NCBI GenBank assembly: GCA_910587405.1
Contig: CAJUKS010000004.1
Location: forward strand, 5,977 to 69,976
DNA: 64,000 nt
DNA from: an uncultured Alphaproteobacteria bacterium
GTDB taxonomy: Bacteria; Pseudomonadota; Alphaproteobacteria; RF32; CAG-239
Reading direction: 5' to 3'
Shown: piece after piece, positions 37,576 to 47,755 of the stretch
Layout of the letters: each line of letters begins with the position of its first letter
Numbering within the stretch: the stretch's first letter is position 1
The notes under the pieces: model-generated
Database searches by the model: none
Seen by the model: only the letters and a program-made list of their open reading frames with translations
What the model was told of the DNA's origin: nothing
Translations under genes and position numbers: made by a program

Positions 37576-37585
37576 AAACAAAAGC

Positions 37586-37954
37586 TTATTCCTTGCGCAG
37601 GTTGGCCACCGAAGTCCACATTTTTTCCAAATTATAAAAATCGCGTACTTCGGGACGGAAAATATGCACAATAACATCATAAGCATCGATCAAAACCCAA
37701 TCGCCGCGGGTTTCGCCCTCACTGACCGACTTATACCCCGCCGCCTTCAGATTCTCCTGAACCCGCTGAGCCAGAGAAATGACATGACGGTCCGAAGTTC
37801 CCGACGCCACGACCATTTCGTTGGCAATCGAAGTCTTGCCGCGCAAATCAATCACCACCATATCTTCGGCCTTACCATCTTCCAAACTGGCGGTAACGAT
37901 ATCCAACACCTGATTTTCTTCTTGTTTTTCTTTTTTATTTAACAAAATTCTCAC
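37586..37954 (-). CDS. rsfS: ribosomal silencing factor RsfS (Iojap)
   Basis: collinear with RsfS/DUF143. Confidence 0.8.
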   Translation of the reverse strand: MRILLNKKEKQEENQVLDIVTASLEDGKAEDMVVIDLRGKTSIANEMVVASGTSDRHVISLAQRVQENLKAAGYKSVSEGETRGDWVLIDAYDVIVHIFRPEVRDFYNLEKMWTSVANLRKE

Positions 37955-37962
37955 TCCTTATT

Positions 37963-39030
<1,068 letters not shown>

Positions 39031-39032
39031 TT

Positions 39033-39065
39033 AAAAAAAACGGAGGGGATCGTTCAACCCCCTCC
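39033..39065 (-). terminator. intrinsic terminator/attenuator between rpmA and obg
   Basis: ggagggg/cccctcc hairpin followed on minus strand by U8. Confidence 0.6.
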
Positions 39066-39084
39066 GCCGTGACCTTTCGACAAG

Positions 39085-39336
39085 TTATTCGGTAACTACG
39101 GAAACAACCGTTTTGTCACCCGATTTCTTGAAAGATACCTTACCTTCGGCAGTGGCAAAAATGGTGTGGTCTTTACCCAGACCGACGTTTTCACCGGGAT
39201 GATACTTGGTGCCGCGCTGACGAATGATGATATTGCCGGCAATGACGGCCTGTCCGCCCGATTTTTTCAAACCCAAACGACGTCCTTCGGTATCGCGTCC
39301 GTTAGAAGTACTGCCACCTGATTTCTTATGTGCCAT
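39085..39336 (-). CDS. rpmA: 50S ribosomal protein L27
   Basis: [22 protein letters not shown]. Confidence 0.95.
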   Translation of the reverse strand: MAHKKSGGSTSNGRDTEGRRLGLKKSGGQAVIAGNIIIRQRGTKYHPGENVGLGKDHTIFATAEGKVSFKKSGDKTVVSVVTE

Positions 39337-39363
39337 AACTAAATCTCCTGAAAAACCTATTGC

Positions 39364-39669
39364 CTATGCAATTTCTGCAATTTTAACAATAGTAATATTT
39401 TGTCTGTGGCCGTTTTTGCGGCGATAATTCTGTCTTCTTTTTTTCTTGAAAACAATAACCTTATCAGCCTTAGCCTGTTTCAAAATGGTTGCTTTAACCG
39501 ACGCACCGGCAACCAACGGTTTGCCGACATTGTCACCCAAAGCCAAAACCTCGCTAAAAACAATCTCACTACCTTCATCACCAGCGAGTTTCTCGACTTT
39601 GATAACGTCTCCGGAAGCGACCTTATATTGTTTTCCGCCTGTCTTAATTACTGCGTACATTTTTCTCAC
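39364..39669 (-). CDS. rplU: 50S ribosomal protein L21
   Basis: MYAVIKTGGKQYKV. Confidence 0.95.
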   Translation of the reverse strand: MRKMYAVIKTGGKQYKVASGDVIKVEKLAGDEGSEIVFSEVLALGDNVGKPLVAGASVKATILKQAKADKVIVFKKKRRQNYRRKNGHRQNITIVKIAEIA

Positions 39670-39768
39670 CTAAATTTTATTTTGATTATTTAAACACAAA
39701 ACGTTGTTTGCAATATACATAAGTTTTTTTTGCTGTCAACAATATTTTCAATAAAAATGCCGCACGGC

Positions 39769-40245
39769 TTATTTATTAAGAATCCGATACAGCTGAGGCT
39801 TCATGAATTTGCCCTGCCAGATTCCCCGTTTTTCGCTACGGGCTTCTGCCTCGGCGGCAGAATAATCGGAGTACTTGCTTTTATAGACCACCGCCCAGCC
39901 GGCCTTCACCATTTCCTCGTTAAGATTGAGCTTTTTCCCCGACGGCATGGTCACATAACAGGTGCAAAGACTGCGTTTATAGCGGTCCAGATCATGCTCG
40001 ACGCATTTTACCCGTCCCTTGTCAACCAAATTTTGCAAATATTCTTTGGCGTCAAGGCCGCAGGCATATTTCTTTTTGTTTTCCAAACGGCAGTCCTGAT
40101 AATATTCAGGCGAGTCGATTCCTTCCAGACGGATCCGCACGTTTTTCATTTCCAGACTGTCGCCGTCCACCACCGTGACGTTTACCGCCGCGGCCGCAGC
40201 GCCCGCATACAGGCATCCGGCCAACAAATAACTAAGCAGTTTCAT
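39769..40245 (-). CDS. secreted thermonuclease (SNase-like)
   Basis: signal peptide; VRIRLEGIDSPE and downstream Arg/Glu SNase motifs. Confidence 0.75.
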   Translation of the reverse strand: MKLLSYLLAGCLYAGAAAAAVNVTVVDGDSLEMKNVRIRLEGIDSPEYYQDCRLENKKKYACGLDAKEYLQNLVDKGRVKCVEHDLDRYKRSLCTCYVTMPSGKKLNLNEEMVKAGWAVVYKSKYSDYSAAEAEARSEKRGIWQGKFMKPQLYRILNK

Positions 40246-40413
40246 GTTCTTTCCCCCGCAGGTTTACGCTTGGCTTTTATTATAAAGGCAACCGTTTTAT
40301 TATGCAAACACTAAATTATTACATGATAAATTAAAAAAATCTTTGTGTTTTAATAATTTTGTCTTATTATAAGGGCAGTTTTTTAAATTTGGTTTAAAAA
40401 AGGATTAGGAATC

Positions 40414-41289
40414 GTGTCAAAGAAAAAAGCTCTCTGTCTGTTGATCATTTCGTTGTTTACCGTCAGCAGCTGCCGTTTTTGGGACCGCAGCATGCAAGAA
40501 GTCATGAACGACCCGTTGGACAAAGCCAACGCCCCGGCCGAAGATTACGGCAAACGATATGTCGAACTGGCGCCCCTCTCAATGCCCCGTTCGGTCATTG
40601 TCTGCCGCAGCAAACAATGCGCACCGATCAAGCTGTCAATGTCAAAAGAATACATCTACAACAGCCTGGTCCAGATGTTTCAGAACAACAACCACCAGAA
40701 AGCCTTGGTTTGCGCCGCCGACGTCGGCAGTCACAACTGCTTTGAAAATTACGTCTCCCTGCCGATCACCGTCGGCATTACACCGGCCTACATGTATATA
40801 GATTCGGTTAAGATCAGCGACATTACCGTCAACAAAGGCAGCCGCTCCATCAACATGATGCTTAACTACAACGTTACTTATAACGGACAGACGCCCGACT
40901 GTGCTCCCGACAAAACTTTGATGTTCGTCAAAAATGCCGACAACATCGTCATGGAAGACAAAGGTTATCGCTGCAAAATGACCACCATCGGCACCACCAC
41001 CATAAAGACCCTGTTCCTGGTTGACTTTATCGACCTTGATTACGGCTTCATCGGCGGTTACTATTCCATCGGTCTTTCCGGTCCCGCTTACGGCGGCGGT
41101 TCGGGCTACATGATGATCCGCATGGCCAAAACCGGTTACCCGCTGCTGCCGATGCCCAAAGCGCCGGCTCAGAAGCCCAAGTTAACCCCGGGACAAGAAC
41201 AGGCCGAGGCTTACATCGACGGCAAGGACACGGCACCGGCCGCCCGTACCGACGGCGTGGAAGTATTTCCGATCAACTACAAGAAATAA
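40414..41289 (+). CDS. lipoprotein, unknown function (291 aa)
   Basis: lipobox TVSSC; Cys-containing mature region. Confidence 0.55.
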   Translation: MSKKKALCLLIISLFTVSSCRFWDRSMQEVMNDPLDKANAPAEDYGKRYVELAPLSMPRSVIVCRSKQCAPIKLSMSKEYIYNSLVQMFQNNNHQKALVCAADVGSHNCFENYVSLPITVGITPAYMYIDSVKISDITVNKGSRSINMMLNYNVTYNGQTPDCAPDKTLMFVKNADNIVMEDKGYRCKMTTIGTTTIKTLFLVDFIDLDYGFIGGYYSIGLSGPAYGGGSGYMMIRMAKTGYPLLPMPKAPAQKPKLTPGQEQAEAYIDGKDTAPAARTDGVEVFPINYKK

Positions 41290-41473
41290 ATGCTTCGACG
41301 ATTATCTTCAAAACTGCCTGTTAACAGCAGGCAGTTTTTTTATATTTACAATTTCACCGGCTTTTTCGCCAAACTTGAAAGTCGTTTCAATTTCGATCTT
41401 TCGTTTTTCCGCTTTTCAGGCCGTTTGACAGCCGTCGTAAAAAACGGCTTCGTCCAAATCGGACATTTCAGAA

Positions 41474-41501
41474 TATAAAAAAGCCCCCGCAACGGGGGCT
41501 C
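41474..41501 (-). terminator. intrinsic terminator
   Basis: agcccccg/cgggggct hairpin followed (minus) by U-run. Confidence 0.6.
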
Positions 41502-41517
41502 GGCGGAATTGTAACGC

Positions 41518-42378
41518 TTACTTCTTTACCGCATAGGAAAAATAACGCGGTTTTTCATAAACCACGATGCGCTCGATTTTCTCAAAGGCGGTGGTCTTGT
41601 TCCCATAAATGATTTTGCCGTTGGTTCCCAGCATCTTGCCGTGACGTTCCTGATATTCCTTCAAATCCATCAAATTCATGAAAACGCCGTTTTCAAAAAA
41701 GACGTTCCAGCCATAAGCCGAATCAATATTCACATGCAGCGTTTTGATGTTCTTGTCATAATCAAGAAACTCCGGCATATAAGTCTGCGAAACTTCATAA
41801 ACTTTTTCATTCAGGCTGCCGTCATACCAGGTCAGGTTTTTGAACGTTTCATCATCCTGAGCCGCCAACGAATACTCACCGTTGCGGCTTGGCTCATTAA
41901 CAGTTGCCGGTTCGGCCGTCTGAACGGCGGCAGGTTTATCGCTGTTTTTTACCGTCTCCGCATTTGGAGTATCGGCGAGTGGAACAGACGTCGTTTCAGG
42001 CGTCGATGCCGCCGACGGACTGTTTGCCAAAAGTTCGGACATGGTCGCCGCCGGTTTGCCGCTCGGAACCGCTTTTGCCTCCGTCGATATCGTCGCGATC
42101 GTCGGTTGAGGTTCAGTCTGCGTTGCCGAAACCGCATCATCGTTTTCCGTTCCGTATTTGCTCAGAGCCGTGTCCAGATCGTCAATGCTGAAATCGTTAA
42201 AATCGATCAAATCATCATCGGCAATTTCACCGACATCATCGTCGTCGATGCCGGCCGAAGCCGAAAGCGTCGACGCATCGGCAGATAAAAAGGATTCCAG
42301 ATCGGCCGGATTATCCCCGTCGTCCAATCCCATACTTTTCAGATTAATTTCCAAGTCGTCATTTTTCCCGTCTGCCAT
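41518..42378 (-). CDS. hypothetical protein with highly acidic N-terminal region, Pro/Thr/Ala linker and conserved-looking C-terminal domain
   Basis: 286-aa ORF downstream of the envZ/ompR-like pair. Confidence 0.55.
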   Translation of the reverse strand: MADGKNDDLEINLKSMGLDDGDNPADLESFLSADASTLSASAGIDDDDVGEIADDDLIDFNDFSIDDLDTALSKYGTENDDAVSATQTEPQPTIATISTEAKAVPSGKPAATMSELLANSPSAASTPETTSVPLADTPNAETVKNSDKPAAVQTAEPATVNEPSRNGEYSLAAQDDETFKNLTWYDGSLNEKVYEVSQTYMPEFLDYDKNIKTLHVNIDSAYGWNVFFENGVFMNLMDLKEYQERHGKMLGTNGKIIYGNKTTAFEKIERIVVYEKPRYFSYAVKK

Positions 42379-42569
42379 TGCACAATCCTTAACATTCAGA
42401 ATTTAAACCCGATAACAGCTTATACAATATAAGTTAATTTGTTTTTAACAAAAAAAACATCATACTTCAAGCGAAGATATCACAAATAAAAAAAGTTTTT
42501 CAGCCGTACCCGGATAAGGCGTAACTGAAAAACCTTTTTTATCGGAAAGTATATTTCCTGATATGAGAG

Positions 42570-43946
42570 TTATAAGGGAATAGAAATGAGTACCCTCAAG
42601 CCTCCTATCGGTGAATCGAGCAACTCAATTTTGCCCCCGTGTGAAACAATAACGTCTTTGGCGATCGACAAGCCGAGACCGACGCCTCCGGTTTCCTTGT
42701 TGCGGGATCCTTCAATCCGGTAAAAGGCTTTAAAGACTTCTTCCCGCTTATCGGCCGGAATTCCCGGACCGTCGTCATCAATCGTCACTTCCAGCTTGTT
42801 GTTGTTGCTTTCGAGTGATACCGCTACCGTACTGCCGTAATTGAAAGCATTGCCGATAACATTGGTCAAGGCCCGTTTCAACGACTGTTCCCGGCCCTGA
42901 ATGGCGCTTACCTGATCGTTGGTGCTGTAACGGATCAAAGCCTGGCTGTTGCGGAACTTGTTCAAAATGCTCAAGATCATTTCGTTCATATCGACAAAGG
43001 TCGACGGCTCTCCGCCTTCTCCGCTGACAAACGACAGATAACCTTCCAGCATTTTTTCCATTTCGTTCACATCCTGCAGAAATTCCTGCTTGTCCAAACC
43101 GCTTTCTCCGCCGGTTTGATCGGGCAGCATCGCCAGCTGAAGTTTCATACGCGTCAACGGCGTCCGCAAATCATGAGAAACCCCGGCCAGCATCTGGGTC
43201 CGTTCACTGATCTGACGCTGGATTCTTTCCTTCATTTTGATAAAGGCAATCCCGGCGCGCCGCACTTCGGATGAGCCGTAGGGTTTAAACTTCTTATTAT
43301 CCACGCCTTTGCCGAATTCTTCCGCCGCACCGGCCAAATCCGCAATCGAACGCACCTGAATTCGCAAAAACAACACCGCCACCAAAAACAGCAGCATCGA
43401 CGTCCCGATCATCCAGGCAACAAAACCGAAAATCGAAGTGCTGAAAATATTTTTCGACGATGTCGCAAATTGATATAATCCGTTTTTGGTATCAACGAAA
43501 ACCACAAGATCCGGATTGCTTTTACCCATATAAATGCTGGTATTGGCATCGGGAAATTCTACCTTAAGCGCATCTTCCAGAAAACCGGTTACCAGTTTGT
43601 TGCGGTTTCGCACTTTGTGGATAACGTCATGTTTCTCCTGGTTAGGATAATACTGGAAGTCGATATCAAAAATTTTCTTAGTCAGCTCCTGAATTTCCGG
43701 AATATTGTCCGGAGACTCCTCCGCCAACCGCATGGCAAAAGCCATATTTGAGGTCAAATTGGTAGACAGCCGTTTGCCGACCCGTCCCCATGTGCCGTCA
43801 AAAAAGGCAACGATTGAAACCACCTGAACCACAATCAACGGAATGAAGATCAGCAGCATCGTCCGGAAAAACAACGTCCGCGGCAGTATCCTGATTTTCA
43901 GGTAGCGCAACGTGTCCTCCACTTTTTTCGGAAATGTCAAATGCAT
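42570..43946 (-). CDS. two-component sensor histidine kinase (EnvZ-like)
   Basis: 2 TM + HAMP, H-box AGVSHDLRTPLTRM, N/G1/G2 boxes (GGVGLGLSI). Confidence 0.88.
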   Translation of the reverse strand: MHLTFPKKVEDTLRYLKIRILPRTLFFRTMLLIFIPLIVVQVVSIVAFFDGTWGRVGKRLSTNLTSNMAFAMRLAEESPDNIPEIQELTKKIFDIDFQYYPNQEKHDVIHKVRNRNKLVTGFLEDALKVEFPDANTSIYMGKSNPDLVVFVDTKNGLYQFATSSKNIFSTSIFGFVAWMIGTSMLLFLVAVLFLRIQVRSIADLAGAAEEFGKGVDNKKFKPYGSSEVRRAGIAFIKMKERIQRQISERTQMLAGVSHDLRTPLTRMKLQLAMLPDQTGGESGLDKQEFLQDVNEMEKMLEGYLSFVSGEGGEPSTFVDMNEMILSILNKFRNSQALIRYSTNDQVSAIQGREQSLKRALTNVIGNAFNYGSTVAVSLESNNNKLEVTIDDDGPGIPADKREEVFKAFYRIEGSRNKETGGVGLGLSIAKDVIVSHGGKIELLDSPIGGLRVLISIPL

Positions 43947-43976
43947 TTTCCAGCTCCTTGTTAGTTATCAAAAAAA

Positions 43977-44666
43977 TTATTCGGTCAGCAGCATATAACC
44001 TTTGCCGCGCACCGTCTGCAAATAACGGGGATTCTTCGAATCCTTCTCTATTTTTTTGCGCAAACGCGTTACCTGCACGTCAATTGACCGCGGCCCCTGT
44101 CCGGCCCCCAGCAATTCCGCCAGCCGGTCGCGACTGAAAATCTGTCCCGGTTTTTGCCCCAACAGTGACAACATTGCCTGTTCGACCGGCGTGATATGAA
44201 TAACTTCTCCTTGTTTGCCGGTCAGTTCCTTGGCATCCAGATCATAGCGGCATAACCCCAGATTGAGCCTGGTCTCTTGTTTTTCGCTCTCCTGAGGAGA
44301 ACGACGCAAAATATTCTTGATCCGCAGAACCAGTTCTTTGGGTTCAAAAGGCTTGGCCAAATAGTCGTCGGCGCCGCTTTCCAAACCGGCAATCCGGTCG
44401 CCGGTTTCGCCCATCGCCGTCAATAAAATGACCGGCACCGCGTTTTCGTGCCGCAGACGCGACAAAAATTCCAAACCGCTTTCTTCGGGCATCATAATAT
44501 CGACAATCAGCAAATCAAACTTGTATTGTTGCAGCATCAGACGTGCTTCCGCCGCCCCTTTTGCCGAAGACGCCAAAAAACCGTTTTCGCGCAAAAAACG
44601 CTGCAATAAGGCACGCAGACGCGTGTCGTCGTCAACCACCAGAAGATGAGGTTTGCGCATTTCCAT
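43977..44666 (-). CDS. OmpR-family response regulator
   Basis: receiver domain (LLVVDDD...D...K) + winged-helix C-terminus (RLRKKIE...PRYLQTVRGKGY). Confidence 0.9.
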   Translation of the reverse strand: MEMRKPHLLVVDDDTRLRALLQRFLRENGFLASSAKGAAEARLMLQQYKFDLLIVDIMMPEESGLEFLSRLRHENAVPVILLTAMGETGDRIAGLESGADDYLAKPFEPKELVLRIKNILRRSPQESEKQETRLNLGLCRYDLDAKELTGKQGEVIHITPVEQAMLSLLGQKPGQIFSRDRLAELLGAGQGPRSIDVQVTRLRKKIEKDSKNPRYLQTVRGKGYMLLTE

Positions 44667-44685
44667 CGGCTGTTTCCGCCCGCCG

Positions 44686-45546
44686 CTAAGCTTCGGTTGC
44701 CCCGGACGTTGTGTCGGCGGCCGCTTTCTCGGCAGTCGGCGCCTTGGCCGTTTTCTTTACCGCTGCCCGTTTGGAAGCATTGCGGCCGGTTTTGCCTTTA
44801 TTTTTTTTCTTTGCCGCGGCTTTTGTCGGAACAATCTCGGAACCGCTGTTTTCTGTCGCCGGATTTTTCGCAGCCGGTTTATTGCGGAGCGTTTTTTTCA
44901 CTACTGCTTTTTCAACGCTTTTGCGCACCTTGACCGCAATTTTTTTAACTTCCTGCTCTACTTGTTTGACCGGATTCTTGCGATTGTTTTCAACCGTATA
45001 AATATAATCCAGACATTTGTCAAAATACTGGTATCCGGTAATGAAGGTCAAAATTCCGGCAATCCACAGCAGCCATTCGCCGATAACGTTTACCTGACTG
45101 CCGATCAACGGCAGTTGTTGCAGCAAAATCATCGCAATTGCCGTCATCTGAAAACCGGTTTTCCATTTAGCCAACTTGGTCACCGGCATCCCGACGTGAA
45201 ATTCGGCCAGAAACTCTCTCAGGCCCGAAACCAAAACTTCGCGGCACATAATGATGATCACCGGAATATAAGTCAGCGGCGTCACCAGCTGGTTGGCCAC
45301 AATAATCACCAAGGCCGACACCACCAGCAACTTGTCGGCGATCGGATCCAGCAACCGGCCGAAAACGGAATTCTGATTGCGGGAACGCGCGAAATAACCG
45401 TCCAAATAGTCGGTTATCGACGCCATAATAAACAAAACGCCGGCCAAAATCGACCATACAACCGAATGAATATAGATAGAAAGAAAAATCACCGGAATAA
45501 CCACGATCCGGGAAATTGTCAGAATATTTGGAAGATTATAAAACAC
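44686..45546 (-). CDS. pgsA: CDP-diacylglycerol--glycerol-3-phosphate 3-phosphatidyltransferase with ~100-aa Lys/Ala-rich C-terminal tail
   Basis: DYLDGYFARSRNQNSVFGRLLDPIADK CDP-alcohol phosphatidyltransferase motif; tail AAKKKNKGKTGRNASKRAAVKKTAKAPTAEKAA. Confidence 0.85.
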   Translation of the reverse strand: MFYNLPNILTISRIVVIPVIFLSIYIHSVVWSILAGVLFIMASITDYLDGYFARSRNQNSVFGRLLDPIADKLLVVSALVIIVANQLVTPLTYIPVIIIMCREVLVSGLREFLAEFHVGMPVTKLAKWKTGFQMTAIAMILLQQLPLIGSQVNVIGEWLLWIAGILTFITGYQYFDKCLDYIYTVENNRKNPVKQVEQEVKKIAVKVRKSVEKAVVKKTLRNKPAAKNPATENSGSEIVPTKAAAKKKNKGKTGRNASKRAAVKKTAKAPTAEKAAADTTSGATEA

Positions 45547-45605
45547 GATGACACCTGCTTAAAAATAGGGTTGAAATTATTTTTTTTTAATATATTGCAT
45601 AAAAT

Positions 45606-47411
45606 CTATTTATGAAAGTACTTAAATATTTTTTCCGCCGTTTTTTTGCTGATTCCCGGAACATCTTCAATATCTTTCAGACCGGCCTGGGCGACCGCCT
45701 CTGCCGACCCGAAATAATTGAGCAGCGCTTTTTTGCGCCCGCCGCCGATTCCCTCAATTTCATCAAGTTTGGAACGGACGATCGATTTTCTGCGTTTTTT
45801 GCGATGAGTGCCGATCGCAAAACGGTGCGCTTCGTCACGAATGTTCTGCATATAAAACGCCAGCGGCGAGGCAAACGGCAACGCAAAGCTTTCCCGGCCC
45901 GCCTGATGATAAAACTCTTTGCCGGCATTTCGTTCCGGCCCCTTGGAAATTGCAATTATCGCGATTCCCGACAAATCAAAATCCTTCAAACTTTCGTGCA
46001 CGGCATGAAGCTGCCCCAACCCGCCGTCCAACAAAATCACGTCGGGGCGGTTTTCGGGCGTCATCTTGGCAAAACGGCGCCCCAGCACTTCGCGCATCAT
46101 CGCAAAATCGTCGTTGGTAATCTGCGGATCTTTAATATTGAAAGTTCGGTAGGCTTTCTTGTCAAAACCTTGCGGAGTCGCCACGATCATTGCCCCGACC
46201 GCATAACTGCCCTGGATATGCGAGTTATCATAAACTTCGATCCGTTCCGGCATTTTCGGCAGATTGAAAACCCGTTGCATTTCCGTAAGATTGTTGCGGA
46301 CCGAATTTTCGAGCGCCATTTTGCGTTCCAGCGATTCTTTGGCATTATTTTTGACGTTGGCGGCAATTTTTGCTTTGTCTCCGCGTTGATACCAGTTTAT
46401 TTTGGCACCGATCGCTTCGCTCAAAAATTCCCGGGCTTCAATATCATCGGCAATCACAATTTCTGTCGGCGGAACGTGAGAAGCATAGAAACTGCTCAAA
46501 AAGGCTTCCATAATTTCGCCCTCGCTCGCTTCTTCCGCCTGTTGCGGAAAGAACGGCAAATTGCCGCAATTTTGCCCCGCCCGGATAAAAAAGACCTGAA
46601 TGCATACCCGTCCGTTGGCACGATACAAGGCAATAAAATCTGCCGACTTTACCGCCGCGTACTCAACATTGCTGCCCTGCTGCACGCTGGTGAGGGCGCG
46701 GATGCGGTCACGATAAACCATCGCGGCTTCAAAATCCTGACGGGCGCTTGCTTCTTCCATTTTGGCCGTCATCTCGTCACGCAACCGGTTGCTTTTGTTT
46801 TCGATAAACGCCACCGCTTCATCGACCAGCCGCCGATAGTCTTCTTTGGATATTTTGCCGACACAAGGCGCCGAACAACGTTTGATCTGATACATCAGAC
46901 AGGGACGGTCGCGGTGGCAAAACACGCTGTCCGAACACGAACGCAGCAAAAAGGCCCTTTGCAGCAGATCGAGCACGTTATTGACCGCGCGGGCATCGGC
47001 AAACGGCCCGAAATATTTATATCCTTCTTTTTTAACGCCGCGATATTTGCGCAACACCGGATATTCGGCTTTGACGTCCAGCGACAGATACGGAAATCCT
47101 TTGTCGTCTTTGAGCAAAATGTTGTAATGCGGCTCAAGTTTTTTAATTAATTCGCTTTCCAGCAGCAGCGCCCGAACTTCGGTTTCCACCACGATAAATT
47201 CCATCCGTTCGATTTCCGAAACCATACGCTGCAACCGCACCGGCAGCTTGTCGATATGCGAATAGGCAACAATCCGTTTTTTGATGTTTTTGGCTTTGCC
47301 GACATACAACACCCGGCCGCCTTCGCCGAGCATCCGGTAAACGCCCGGCTTTTCGGGAGCGATCCGGATGTTTTGTTTCAAAATTTCCAGTCCGCGTCTG
47401 ATATCAATCAA
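45606..47411 (-). CDS. uvrC: excinuclease ABC subunit C
   Basis: GIY-YIG N-terminus (GVYRMLGEGGRVLYVGKAKNIKKR), UvrBC-interaction and RNaseH-like/HhH C-terminal regions. Confidence 0.92.
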   Translation of the reverse strand: MIDIRRGLEILKQNIRIAPEKPGVYRMLGEGGRVLYVGKAKNIKKRIVAYSHIDKLPVRLQRMVSEIERMEFIVVETEVRALLLESELIKKLEPHYNILLKDDKGFPYLSLDVKAEYPVLRKYRGVKKEGYKYFGPFADARAVNNVLDLLQRAFLLRSCSDSVFCHRDRPCLMYQIKRCSAPCVGKISKEDYRRLVDEAVAFIENKSNRLRDEMTAKMEEASARQDFEAAMVYRDRIRALTSVQQGSNVEYAAVKSADFIALYRANGRVCIQVFFIRAGQNCGNLPFFPQQAEEASEGEIMEAFLSSFYASHVPPTEIVIADDIEAREFLSEAIGAKINWYQRGDKAKIAANVKNNAKESLERKMALENSVRNNLTEMQRVFNLPKMPERIEVYDNSHIQGSYAVGAMIVATPQGFDKKAYRTFNIKDPQITNDDFAMMREVLGRRFAKMTPENRPDVILLDGGLGQLHAVHESLKDFDLSGIAIIAISKGPERNAGKEFYHQAGRESFALPFASPLAFYMQNIRDEAHRFAIGTHRKKRRKSIVRSKLDEIEGIGGGRKKALLNYFGSAEAVAQAGLKDIEDVPGISKKTAEKIFKYFHK

Positions 47412-47426
47412 CTTGGCACCGCTTTC

Positions 47427-47744
47427 TTAAAAAATTAACGTTTCAAAAAAGACAAAGCTCAAAATTCCCGAGAATCCGAGTTGGAACAAGTTGCCGACCA
47501 AAGCGCCGCCCATGGCGCCATAATCGAGTTCCCGGCCTCTTCCTTTATATATTTGATTAAAAAACAAAGTATAAAGACCTGATACCGCAATCGCCATCAA
47601 ATAAAAGCTCAAATCGCCGAACAACGGAAAGGCTTCTTCCCAATCGAGAAAAGACGAAAGCAGAAAACCGATAATCACTCCCGACAAAACCATCGGCCGA
47701 AAGATTATCCCGCTGGTAAACAAAGCCTTCAATCCGTTCAGCAA
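47427..47744 (-). CDS. small membrane protein (105 aa)
   Basis: three hydrophobic segments; co-oriented between uvrC and glmM. Confidence 0.4.
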   Translation of the reverse strand: MLNGLKALFTSGIIFRPMVLSGVIIGFLLSSFLDWEEAFPLFGDLSFYLMAIAVSGLYTLFFNQIYKGRGRELDYGAMGGALVGNLFQLGFSGILSFVFFETLIF

Positions 47745-47755
47745 TTATCATCTCC

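Noticed and set aside
44653-45615. 320-aa plus-strand ORF opposite pgsA
   Set aside because: It is a Phe/Arg-rich, low-complexity antisense translation of the pgsA Lys/Ala tail and core, with no independent signals.
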